In this document: in pieces, positions 47,408-56,825 of the stretch
Layout: every line of letters starts with the position of its first letter
Position numbering within the stretch: position 1 is the stretch's first letter
Source of the DNA: Candidatus Cloacimonadota bacterium
Lineage (GTDB): Bacteria > Cloacimonadota > Cloacimonadia > Cloacimonadales > WRIO01
NCBI GenBank assembly: GCA_029553545.1
Contig: JAKPKU010000141.1
Span: forward strand, 2,418-66,417
DNA: 64,000 bases
Reading direction: 5' to 3'
The notes under the pieces: model-generated
What the model was told of the DNA's origin: nothing
Seen by the model: only the letters and a program-made list of their open reading frames with translations
Database searches by the model: none
Position numbers and translations under genes: made by a program

Positions 47408-48172
47408 ATGAAGCATAAACTTTTGTTGATAATAGTCTCATTGTTCTTCTTTTCACTTTTAAGTGCAACTCAAACAAATATACAATTATTAAATCAGGCA
47501 ACAGAAGCTTATAAATCAAATGATTTTGATAAAGCATTGAGCATCTATAGCGAGCTTGAAAAGAAGATACAGAAGAACCCTGATATTTACTATAATATTG
47601 GTAATTGTTATTTTAAACTCAATAGAATCGGGCTTGCTATCTTATATTATAAAAAGGCTTTGGTACTCGACTCTTCCCATGCTCTTGCTAAGAAAAACTT
47701 GAATTTTGCTTTAAAATTTACATTAGACAAGCAAGACTTCGAAAATCAGAACTTTATTAGCAGCTTCTTTTCTCGGTCGTTTTTTTCATTGTCATTAAAT
47801 GCGCTTGCTTGGGTTTGTTTGATTCTCTTTATCGCTCTGATTGCTATTATACATGTGTTTTTAAGGCAAAGTGAGTCATATACGCATACCAAGAAAATGT
47901 TCTTAATTAGCTTAGTTGTTCTGAATATTATCTTTGTTGGGTGGAGTGCATCTCGTTTTTATATTTACAAAAATAATAAAGAAGCTGTAATATCATCTCC
48001 TAAAGTTGATGCTTATAGCGGTCCTGGAGAGAGCTTTACAAAGTTGTTTACTGTGCATGAAGGGCTAATATTAAAGGTCATCAAAGTTGATAATGCGTGG
48101 ACACAAATATCTCTATTTAATGGTTTTACAGGTTGGATCCGAACTTCAACTTATAAAGCTGTAGCTATATGA
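47408..48172 (+). CDS. TPR + C-terminal SH3b-like domain protein (BatE-like)
   Basis: Signal peptide, TPR units (YYNIGNCYFKLNRIGLAILYYKKAL), two TMs, and a C-terminal SH3-like segment (GWIRTSTY). Confidence 0.5.
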   Translation: MKHKLLLIIVSLFFFSLLSATQTNIQLLNQATEAYKSNDFDKALSIYSELEKKIQKNPDIYYNIGNCYFKLNRIGLAILYYKKALVLDSSHALAKKNLNFALKFTLDKQDFENQNFISSFFSRSFFSLSLNALAWVCLILFIALIAIIHVFLRQSESYTHTKKMFLISLVVLNIIFVGWSASRFYIYKNNKEAVISSPKVDAYSGPGESFTKLFTVHEGLILKVIKVDNAWTQISLFNGFTGWIRTSTYKAVAI

Positions 48173-49740
48173 CAGAAAATCAAGTTCAGAAAAAGCTCTT
48201 TAAAAACACGAGCATTATGTCTATTGCTGTGTTCTTAAGCCGAATTTTAGGGCTTGTACGTGATCAAGTCATGGCAGCTTTTTTTGGAACATCATATGTC
48301 AACGATGCTTTTAATATTGCTTTCAATATTCCAAATCTATTGAGGCGATTATTTGGAGAGGGCGCACTTTCTACTGCTTTTGTGCCAATATACAATGAGA
48401 TGGGAGTAAAAAGAGGCAAGAAGTACCAGTTACTATTTGCAATCAATCTTTTAAGCGTACTTTCAATAATCCTATTAGCTTTATCTGTTTTAGGGATGGT
48501 ATTAGCCCCTTTTATTGTAAAATTAATCTATCCAGGTTTACCGTCTGAGACCTCTGCTTTAGCTATAAAATTAACATATATACTTTTCCCATATCTATTC
48601 TTTATTGGCTTATCTTCCACAATGATAGCTATTTTGAATTCGCACGATTATTTTTTCATTACAGGCTTATCTTCCGCCTTGCTAAATATTGCCTGGGTCT
48701 CTGCTGTACTGATTGCTTCAATATACGTCAAAGATAGTAAGAATTTAATCTATTTTGCTGCAATTGGTGTGTTCATTGGAGGAGTGCTACAGACACTTAT
48801 TAATTTACCTTTTCTGAAAAAGATAGGGTATAAGTTCTTGATCATATTTAGAGTAAAAACAACCGCCATGGTCATGCTTTGGAAAAGACTTATACCTTCT
48901 ATGCTCAGTATGGGTGTAAGAGAGATAAACCTCGTGATGGACGCATTAATAGCCTCCTTTTTGCCTGCTGGTAGTATCTCTGCTTTGGGCTTTGGTAATC
49001 GGTTAATGCAATTACCATTGGGCGTTATTGGTATTTCAGCAGGTACAGCAGCATTGCCATCTTATTCGAAGAGTTTAATAAATAAAGATTGGGATGAATT
49101 ATCCTCTACTTTACGCTTTTCTATGCTTTTTATGATGTATATTATGCTGCCTATTACAGCGCTGATGATAGCTAGTGCAGATGATTTCATTGCTCTTCTG
49201 TTCAAGCGTGGTAGCTTTGATGCTAATGCTGGAATCATGACTGTAAAGGCATTTGTTTGTTATAGTCTCGGTCTTTGTTTTTTTGGTTTAAACCAAACAA
49301 TTACACCTGTCTTTTATGCTGCAAAAGACACAAAAACTCCTTTAATCATTGCCTCAATTATGTGTTTAACTAATATTCTACTAAATATCGCATTAATGTT
49401 CCCCTTGAAGCATGCTGGGCTTGCTTTAGCTACCTCTATTACAGCAGCTTTACAATTTATTATTATGATAGTAATTCTAAAAAAGAGGTTTTCGAAGCTT
49501 AGCTTTCACAAAATAAAGACTAATCTGTTAAAAATAGTCCTTATTACAATAATGCTTTTTGCTATTATAAAATCTTTATCGCTCTATTGGCAAGTCGATA
49601 GTCTCATGCAACAGTTGATAAAAGTGGCGTCAATAATTACATTATGGTTAATTATTTTTATTGCTTCTGGCTTTGTTTTTAAGCTTGAGTATTGGAACTC
49701 AGTTACTAATAGTTTATGCAAAAAGTTTCTGAAAAAGTAA
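48169..49740 (+). CDS. murJ: Lipid II flippase MurJ
   Basis: SRILGLVRD....FG......DAF..AF.IPN..RR.F.EGA motif and a 14-TM profile. Confidence 0.9.
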   Translation: MTENQVQKKLFKNTSIMSIAVFLSRILGLVRDQVMAAFFGTSYVNDAFNIAFNIPNLLRRLFGEGALSTAFVPIYNEMGVKRGKKYQLLFAINLLSVLSIILLALSVLGMVLAPFIVKLIYPGLPSETSALAIKLTYILFPYLFFIGLSSTMIAILNSHDYFFITGLSSALLNIAWVSAVLIASIYVKDSKNLIYFAAIGVFIGGVLQTLINLPFLKKIGYKFLIIFRVKTTAMVMLWKRLIPSMLSMGVREINLVMDALIASFLPAGSISALGFGNRLMQLPLGVIGISAGTAALPSYSKSLINKDWDELSSTLRFSMLFMMYIMLPITALMIASADDFIALLFKRGSFDANAGIMTVKAFVCYSLGLCFFGLNQTITPVFYAAKDTKTPLIIASIMCLTNILLNIALMFPLKHAGLALATSITAALQFIIMIVILKKRFSKLSFHKIKTNLLKIVLITIMLFAIIKSLSLYWQVDSLMQQLIKVASIITLWLIIFIASGFVFKLEYWNSVTNSLCKKFLKK

Positions 49741-51560
49741 TACAAAAGCTTAACTTTTTACCAGAAAGTCCTGGCGTATATCTTATGAAAGATAGCGAAG
49801 GCAATATTATTTATGTAGGCAAAGCTTTAGTTCTAAAAAACCGTATAAAAAGCTATTTTGCTTCGCAGCTATATGATGTAAAGACTCAAAAACTTGTTGA
49901 AAATATTGATGACTTTGAGTACATAATTGTCAACAATGAAAACGAAGCATTTATTCTTGAAGCAAATCTTATAAAGAAATACAAACCTCATTATAATATC
50001 CTGCTTAAAGATGACAAAAAGTACCCTTTTTTGAAAATCACTTATAATGAGCCTTTCCCGCGTATTTTTGTGACCAGAGACTTGGTAAAGGACGGGGCTA
50101 AATACTACGGTCCATATACTGATGTTCGTTACTTGCGCAGTACATTAAAGACGCTTGAATGGCTATTCCCACATAGAACTTGCTCACGAGTTATACCAGA
50201 AACAACAATTGCATTCAAAAGGGCATGTATTAATTATCAAATGAAAAAGTGCCCTGCGCCTTGTATTGGCAAGATCTCAAAGGATGACTATTTAGTAATA
50301 ATTCAGAGAATCGTGAGCTTTTTAACAGGTAAAAACCAAGATCTTATAAAAGATTTATCTGCTGAAATGTTGAATGCATCAGAAGATCTGAACTTTGAAA
50401 AAGCAGCAATTCTTCGTGACCAAATAAAAGAGATTAATAGAATACAAAGTTCACAAATAATGTATTTCTCAGATGAAAAAGACCGTGATATTATTTCTAT
50501 TTATCAAGATGCAAGCTTGTGTGCTGTCGCAGTATTGAAGATCATCAGTGGTAAGCTTAATTCTAAGGAAATATACTCTTTTAAAAACACTCAAAATGAG
50601 AGTAAAGCAAGCTTGTTTTCAGCATTTCTTAGCCAGTATTATGTAGATAAAACAGATAATTTACCACATCAAATTATTATTCAAGAAGAGCCTGATAATC
50701 TTGAAGAAATCCAGTCTTTTTTAGGAAAGATCATTATAATACCCAAAAGAGGTGAGTTCAAAAAGCTATCTATGATTGCTGAGAAAAATGCTTTCGATTA
50801 TGTTGAAAATCAAAGACTTGCCCATATTAGAAGAGCAAGCAGAACGGTATTTGCAGTGCAAGAACTAAAAGAAAAATTGAATCTTTTTACTCTACCACGA
50901 CGTATGGTTTGTTTGGATATTTCCACAATTCAAGGTACAGATACCGTGTCATCTTTAGTGTTCTTTGAAAATGGGAAACCATTAAAAAAGCAGTACAAGC
51001 ATTTCATTATTAAGACTGTCGATGGGCAAGACGATTATGCATCAATGGAAGAGACAATGAGCCGCTATTTAAATCATTTAAAAGACATTGGCGATGACGA
51101 TAAAGATAAATGGCTAACACCTGATTTAATCGTGATTGATGGTGGTAAAGGGCAACTCAATATCGCAAATAAAGTACTAATGGAACACAAAATGACAGAC
51201 ATTGAGATTATGTCTTTGGCAGAACGCGTGGAAGAAGTTTATTTGCCAAATCATCCAGAGTCTTTTATTTTGCCAAGAAACTCTTCTGCTTTAAGGCTTT
51301 TGATTGCTTTAAGAGATGAAGCTCATCGCTTTGCAATTACCTTTCATAAAAAAAGGAGAGAATCACGGACAATTAGCAGCCAGCTTGATAATATCAAAGG
51401 TATAGGCAATGAAAAGAAGCTTGCTTTATTGAAGCATTTTGGCTCAGTCGATGCAATAGCAGATGCAAATATAGAGCAATTATCTCAAATAAAAGGCATA
51501 GGCAAATCATTTGCTCAATTAATCTGGGATTATTTTCATCAAGAAAACAACAATAATTGA
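49716..51560 (+). CDS. uvrC: Excinuclease ABC subunit C
   Basis: GIY-YIG (PGVYLMKD...IIYVGKA), a UVR domain, an endonuclease domain and a C-terminal HhH2. Confidence 0.92.
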   Translation: MQKVSEKVIQKLNFLPESPGVYLMKDSEGNIIYVGKALVLKNRIKSYFASQLYDVKTQKLVENIDDFEYIIVNNENEAFILEANLIKKYKPHYNILLKDDKKYPFLKITYNEPFPRIFVTRDLVKDGAKYYGPYTDVRYLRSTLKTLEWLFPHRTCSRVIPETTIAFKRACINYQMKKCPAPCIGKISKDDYLVIIQRIVSFLTGKNQDLIKDLSAEMLNASEDLNFEKAAILRDQIKEINRIQSSQIMYFSDEKDRDIISIYQDASLCAVAVLKIISGKLNSKEIYSFKNTQNESKASLFSAFLSQYYVDKTDNLPHQIIIQEEPDNLEEIQSFLGKIIIIPKRGEFKKLSMIAEKNAFDYVENQRLAHIRRASRTVFAVQELKEKLNLFTLPRRMVCLDISTIQGTDTVSSLVFFENGKPLKKQYKHFIIKTVDGQDDYASMEETMSRYLNHLKDIGDDDKDKWLTPDLIVIDGGKGQLNIANKVLMEHKMTDIEIMSLAERVEEVYLPNHPESFILPRNSSALRLLIALRDEAHRFAITFHKKRRESRTISSQLDNIKGIGNEKKLALLKHFGSVDAIADANIEQLSQIKGIGKSFAQLIWDYFHQENNNN

Positions 51561-51699
51561 CTGTAACTATTTATGATTATGTAGTTAATTAACTAATACT
51601 TGACATAAAAATCAGAAAATATCATTTTTCTCTTGACTTTTTTATGCAAGAAAAATTTTATAACTTTAAATAAGGTTATTTATTCTTTGGAGGAAATGA

Positions 51700-53484
51700 A
51701 TGTTAAAAGGCTTAAGAAAAAATCAGAAGTGGATCACAATTGCAATAGCAATTATATTCATTTTAGGTATGGCAGTTATGGGAATTTCTGGGATATTCTC
51801 ACCTAAACCATATGTAGGCAAAATCTATGGTAAGAAGATATATTTTCAAGACTATGATAGATTGCTCAGACAGTATATATCCCAATATGCTCAACAAAAC
51901 CCAGGGCAAGAAATAGATGAGCAAACAATCCAACGTATTTCTGATGAGTTTTGGCAAAGACATGTGAGCCAAACTATTATGCAGAAGCAATTTAAAAAGT
52001 ATCATATTAAAGTTACTGATAATGATGTTGTTAACAAAATGAAAAACGATCCTCCTGCTGAATTGTTAAGAAACCCCGAGCTTCAAACAAATGGCGTTTT
52101 TGATCAGCAAAAATACCTGAACCTTTTAACTACAAATGAAGAGTTTGCAACATTGCTTGAAAACTATATGCGTGAAGTATTGCCATACGAATTACTTGAA
52201 AAGAAAATCAAGTCTATGGCAAAAGTTGTTCCAGATTCAGCAAGAATTGAATATATAGAAAAGAATAACAAGATTAGCGGGCAATTGATTTACTTTGATT
52301 ATAATACTATTCCTTCACAAACAGTAACAGATAAAGAAATCAAAAGCTACTATGATGCAAATAAAAACAATGAATATAAAAAAGAGCCATCAGCAAAATA
52401 TAAATATGTCAAGATTCCATTTGAGCCAAGTAAAGAAGATGCTGAACAGGCAAAAATTGAAATCGATAACATTTATAATGATATAGAAGCTGGAAATGAT
52501 TTTGCTGAGCTTGCAAAATCTTATTCTCAGGATCCTGGCTCTGCTGCAAATGGCGGTGATTTAGGCTTTTTTGGCAAAGGCGCAATGGTAAAAGAGTTTG
52601 AAGATAATGCCTTTGCACTCAAAGTCGGCGAAGTTTCTAAGCCATTCCAAACAAATAATGGCTGGCATATTTTAAAGGTTACAGGACAACAAAAAAATAG
52701 TAATGGCGACCCAGAAGTTCAAGCAAGCCATATATTAATTCCTATTAAACCAAGCGAACAGACAAAGATGGAAATTCGTGACAAAGCAGAAGACTTATAT
52801 GAATTAGCTAAAAAAGACGGCTTAGACAAAGCTGCAAAATCACTTAATATAGATGTTTCTGAAACAATGGAGTTTGAAAAAACAGCACAATCTATACCAA
52901 TGCTCGGAAGATACCCACATTTAATCTCAATTGCATTTAAAAAAGGCGTTGGATATGTTGAAAAACCATTAAAAATATATGACGGATCGTATGTTGTTGC
53001 TGAAGTTTCATCAAAACAAGGGCAACGCATAGATGATTTAGAAAATGTAACAGATGCAATTAAGTTTAAACTTGAAAAAGAAAAACGTATTGCAAAAGCT
53101 GCAGCCCTTGCTGAAGAGTTTGTAAAGAGTATTTCTCCTGATAAATTCTTTGAACAAGCTCAACTCGACGGCTGGAAGATTATCGACTTTGATAATATTA
53201 ATATAAGCTCATCAATCTCAGAAATAGGACTGAATAAAGAGCTGAATACAGCATTGTTTGATCTTAAATTGAATAAGGCATCTTCTGTTATTAAAACCCA
53301 AAATGGTGCATTTGTTGGCTTAGTAAATGTCAAAGCTGATGCTGACATGCAAGTTTGGGAATCAGACAAAACAAAGCTTACAGAAGAGTATAAAGTGCGT
53401 AAAGAAAACCAATATTACTCTGAATGGTATAGAAAAGTAATGGATGAAGCAAAAGTCGAAGATTTACGCTACTTATACTATTAA
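51700..53484 (+). CDS. PpiD/SurA-like periplasmic chaperone with parvulin PPIase domain
   Basis: N-terminal TM anchor, SurA-N-like region, parvulin core (ASHILI...[31 protein letters not shown]). Confidence 0.8.
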   Translation: MLKGLRKNQKWITIAIAIIFILGMAVMGISGIFSPKPYVGKIYGKKIYFQDYDRLLRQYISQYAQQNPGQEIDEQTIQRISDEFWQRHVSQTIMQKQFKKYHIKVTDNDVVNKMKNDPPAELLRNPELQTNGVFDQQKYLNLLTTNEEFATLLENYMREVLPYELLEKKIKSMAKVVPDSARIEYIEKNNKISGQLIYFDYNTIPSQTVTDKEIKSYYDANKNNEYKKEPSAKYKYVKIPFEPSKEDAEQAKIEIDNIYNDIEAGNDFAELAKSYSQDPGSAANGGDLGFFGKGAMVKEFEDNAFALKVGEVSKPFQTNNGWHILKVTGQQKNSNGDPEVQASHILIPIKPSEQTKMEIRDKAEDLYELAKKDGLDKAAKSLNIDVSETMEFEKTAQSIPMLGRYPHLISIAFKKGVGYVEKPLKIYDGSYVVAEVSSKQGQRIDDLENVTDAIKFKLEKEKRIAKAAALAEEFVKSISPDKFFEQAQLDGWKIIDFDNINISSSISEIGLNKELNTALFDLKLNKASSVIKTQNGAFVGLVNVKADADMQVWESDKTKLTEEYKVRKENQYYSEWYRKVMDEAKVEDLRYLYY

Positions 53485-53503
53485 TAGATAAATAAATAAT
53501 TTT

Positions 53504-53533
53504 AAAAGCCTGGTTTTAACCAGGCTTTTTTTT
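53504..53533 (+). terminator. Rho-independent terminator
   Basis: AAAAGCCTGG-tttta-ACCAGGCTTTT followed by a T-run. Confidence 0.85.
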
Positions 53534-53556
53534 ATTCTTAAAATTTAATACATCAA

Positions 53557-53830
53557 AAAGTGATTACAAATAAGAATAGTAAAATTTAACAACTACCAAA
53601 AAAAACAGCTTCGAAATTGCCAAATTTTACTATTTTGGTAGATACAAAAAAGTACAAATATCCCTGTTAGCAGGTCTGTTTTTCTCTCTTTTCACTAATT
53701 TCCTACACTGTGTTGTATATGACTATTTATCAAACACATGCCTATGTGATTTCCTTTACATTCCCCTTGCTATCTTGGAGAATGAAAGGTAATCTTATAG
53801 GAATCTAAAGGGAATGTAAAGGAGATTTAT
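53557..53830 (+). repeat. Copy D of the ~275-nt intergenic element (full length; core 53739-53830)
   Basis: Carries GTGATTA..GAATAG..TTGCCAAATTTT..CTATTTTGGTAGATACAAAAAAGTACAAATATCC..TTTTTCTCTCTTTTCAC, then the core TGCCTATGTGATTTCCTTTACATTCCCCTTGCTATCTTGGAGAATGAAAGGTAATCTTATAGGAATCTAAAGGGAATGTAAAGGAGATTTAT. Confidence 0.88.
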
Positions 53831-54160
53831 AATGCGTTTTTATGACAGAAAAAAAGAGATGTCATGTTATCTGTAATTTTCAGCAATAAAGATTGTAGAT
53901 TATATAATCGAGAAAACTTCAAAGAAATAAAGAAAAATCTTGACAGATACTAATAGGTTTTGTTAATATCTTTTAAATGTATTAATTTACAAATAAGTAA
54001 TGTGTATTTATATTGGTAATCTTCAATTAAAAAGGGTTTTATGAATTTAGTTAAAGTGGAAATGTGGCATTTATTATTAGCAGTGATCTTTTCAATTCTT
54101 GCAGTTGTATTAAAACAATTAACAGTATGATCAAGGCAATTAGTACAAAAAGAGTTTAAT

Positions 54161-55912
54161 ATGTCAAAGTTAAAAAAGAATAAAGAATATATTAGTAATA
54201 ATGGGAATTTATTTAGAATTAATTCATTCAATGCGAATTATGAGCTACAGTATATTTGTGAAAACAGCAAAGAGCAGGTGCCATCTTTAAAAATATGTAA
54301 AGATGCAATTAACTGTCAACAAATCCACAGCGCATATACACCTATAAAAGAAGCTGCTTTATTGGCAGAGCATTTTAATACTGAAAAAGAGTATGTTTTG
54401 GTTACTGGAATAGGATTAGCTTATCACCTTGAAGCTTTACAAAGGAAATATCCTAATAAGATATTCTTTATTGTTGAATGTGATAAGCAGCTCTTCTTGC
54501 ATGTATTGCAGTACATAGATTTAGAACAATTTAATAATTGCTTTTTCTTTGTTGGCTACTTAGATTATCAATTGAATGATCTTTTTATACAAAGTGCTTC
54601 TAAGGCTATTCAACTTAATGAAATAGATGTTTTTGAGTTTAAACCATATTTACGTCTTCATCAGGATTATTATGGAATTATAATCAAAAGAATCAAACAA
54701 CAAAAAATATACAATATTAGCGATTTGTGGAAATATCCAAAATTTACAAATACGAGCCTTGGGCAAACAAAAATACTCTTTATAGATTCATCTTATGTTT
54801 TGACAAAAGAATGTTTATTTGCAATACAAAAGACGGGTAATTTAGTGCATTATGTTCATATAGATGAAAAGCAGTATGCTTATGAAGAGTTTATTAGAAA
54901 TCTAATGAAAGATATAAATGACTTTAAACCTGACTTTATTTTAACTATCAATCATCTTGGCTTTGATAAAGAAGGGCACTTGACAGAGCTGCTGAGCGAG
55001 ATGGAAATACCTTATGCTTCATGGTTTGTGGATAGTCCCAATGTAATATTGTCGTGTTTTACACAAAATATATCACCTTATTGTTCAATCTTTGTTTGGG
55101 ATGAAGATTATATACAAGATGTTTTAGATGCAGGATATCCACATGTTGATTACTTGCCTTTGGCAACCTCTACAAGCATCTTCAAGCCGCTTGCCATTGA
55201 GAAAATATATGATGTGTCTTTTGTTGGTTCGAGTATGGTTTATGCCACTCATAAGAATATGAAGTCATTCGTCCATCGCCCAGATTTGTTAAATCTTTTA
55301 GAGCCTGTGTCTGATGCTTTTTTTAAATTGAAAACACGCCATGTGGATCATGCGCTGCAAAGCTTGGGCTATAATGATGAGATATTTGAAGATATTGAGC
55401 AAAAAGAGGACTTTTATGCTGCAGTACTGTGGAGATCAACACAAAAATATCGTTTATCTGGGATATTAAAGCTTGAGGAATTTAATCCAGTAATTAGTGG
55501 GGATGAAAACTGGCAAAGGCTTTTACCTTTTAGTTTTAATACTATTTCTGAAAGATGGTATTATGATAATTTGAATGACTTTTATAATCAAAGCTTGATC
55601 AACTTTAATATGACAAGTTTGCAAATGAAAAATGCAGTTAATCAACGAGTTTTTGATGTTCCTGCAACAAACAGCTTTCTTTTAACTGACTATAAAAAGC
55701 AGCTTCATGAGGTATTTGATCTCAAAGAAGACATTGCTGTGTTTGAAGATGTAGAAGAAATACCTGACTTATGTAAGTTTTTTCTTGCTAATAAATCACA
55801 AACTCAAAAAATGGCTAAAAGGGCAATGAATAAAGTATTAGCCCATCATACATATGAGCAAAGAATTGTCAAAATGATTGATATAATGAAAAATAGATAC
55901 TTTGGTGCATAA
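54161..55912 (+). CDS. CgeB/DUF3880-type glycosyltransferase-like protein with Maf/DUF115-like N-terminal region
   Basis: The N-terminal IHSAYTPIKEA...VTGIGLAYHLE pattern resembles the Maf/MptE-like family. The C-terminal half resembles the CgeB/YkvP glycosyltransferase-like fold (FVGS....R, NQRVFDVPA). Confidence 0.5.
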   Translation: MSKLKKNKEYISNNGNLFRINSFNANYELQYICENSKEQVPSLKICKDAINCQQIHSAYTPIKEAALLAEHFNTEKEYVLVTGIGLAYHLEALQRKYPNKIFFIVECDKQLFLHVLQYIDLEQFNNCFFFVGYLDYQLNDLFIQSASKAIQLNEIDVFEFKPYLRLHQDYYGIIIKRIKQQKIYNISDLWKYPKFTNTSLGQTKILFIDSSYVLTKECLFAIQKTGNLVHYVHIDEKQYAYEEFIRNLMKDINDFKPDFILTINHLGFDKEGHLTELLSEMEIPYASWFVDSPNVILSCFTQNISPYCSIFVWDEDYIQDVLDAGYPHVDYLPLATSTSIFKPLAIEKIYDVSFVGSSMVYATHKNMKSFVHRPDLLNLLEPVSDAFFKLKTRHVDHALQSLGYNDEIFEDIEQKEDFYAAVLWRSTQKYRLSGILKLEEFNPVISGDENWQRLLPFSFNTISERWYYDNLNDFYNQSLINFNMTSLQMKNAVNQRVFDVPATNSFLLTDYKKQLHEVFDLKEDIAVFEDVEEIPDLCKFFLANKSQTQKMAKRAMNKVLAHHTYEQRIVKMIDIMKNRYFGA

Positions 55913-56796
55913 TGAACAGTAGAATAAAAAATATGATTAAGAAAGGCGTAAAAATGAAATATTCAAAACTCTATATTGTTTTAATTGCAATAATATGTTT
56001 AATAGGAGTAAAAATGCTTGACGGGAAAAATGAAAAAACAAAACAAAACGACAAAGTAAAGGTAGTAATGAAAACCAATATGGGCAGTATTGAGCTTGAG
56101 CTTGATAGAAGTATTGCCCCAAAAACAGTTGATAATTTTGTTGGACTTGCAAATGGCACCAAAGAATGGAAAGACCCTCAAACAGGAGAAATGGTGAAAA
56201 AACCTTTCTATGATGGACTTGCTTTTCACCGTGTAATCAGTGACTTTATGATTCAAGGCGGCTGCCCGATAGGAAACGGTACAGGCGGACCTGGTTATAC
56301 TTTTGAAGATGAGACATATGTTTATGGCGATGATATTTATGGCGAAATCGCAAACCCTGATGATGCTTATAGAGTATATACCGATGTAATAGTACCTTTT
56401 TTCCAGAGAAGTCAACAAGATGATACTTTTGACGAAGAGCTCATTGCTATTATTACTCAATGTCAGCAAGAAAATAGCCCTGCACCAATTATGACTAAAC
56501 CATATGAATTTTACTATGAAAAGACTAATTCTCAGCCACTAAAAGCAGCGAAAGGCTTGACAGCAACAGTTGATTATGGCACAATCTGTATGGCAAATTC
56601 TGGACCTAATACAAATGGCTCTCAATTCTTTATTGTTACAAAAAAAGAAGGCTGTAGCTGGCTCAATGGTAAACATACTGTGTTTGGTAAAGTAACAAAA
56701 GGTATGGATATTGTTCACAAGATTGAAGGCGTTGAAAAAGGCGCAAATGATAAGCCTGTTAAACCTGTTATTATTGAGAAAGTAACAATTAAATAA
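55912..56796 (+). CDS. Cyclophilin-type peptidyl-prolyl isomerase with a ~90-aa insertion, secreted/anchored
   Basis: FHRVISDFMIQGG, GTGGPGY.FEDE, MANSGPNTNGSQFFI, HTVFGKV. The alternative start at 55954 (MKYSKLYIV...) follows AAGAAAGG. Confidence 0.88.
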   Translation: MNSRIKNMIKKGVKMKYSKLYIVLIAIICLIGVKMLDGKNEKTKQNDKVKVVMKTNMGSIELELDRSIAPKTVDNFVGLANGTKEWKDPQTGEMVKKPFYDGLAFHRVISDFMIQGGCPIGNGTGGPGYTFEDETYVYGDDIYGEIANPDDAYRVYTDVIVPFFQRSQQDDTFDEELIAIITQCQQENSPAPIMTKPYEFYYEKTNSQPLKAAKGLTATVDYGTICMANSGPNTNGSQFFIVTKKEGCSWLNGKHTVFGKVTKGMDIVHKIEGVEKGANDKPVKPVIIEKVTIK

Positions 56797-56825
56797 CTTT
56801 AACCCAGACTTATGAGCTTGGTAGC

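Noticed and set aside
47049-47537. 162-aa minus-strand ORF, plus other long antisense ORFs (34169-34507, 55999-56469, 56539-56844, 52719-53030).
   Set aside because: They overlap well-supported genes on the opposite strand, have no RBS, and have compositions typical of antisense reading of AT-rich coding DNA.
53583-53789. An open reading frame runs through the repeated element in the same phase in all copies. It gives ...C(L/Y)(C/P)CD(S/F)(L/P)YIP(L/F)AILENER; the track ORF 3651-3839 is the copy A version.
   Set aside because: Copies B and D have no ATG, GTG or TTG start in that frame, and B has an in-frame TAA at 23292. Copy A has no RBS. The 24 B-versus-D substitutions over 96 aligned nt split 9/7/8 across codon positions 1/2/3, so there is no third-position bias. 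Conservation is best explained at the nucleotide or structure level.
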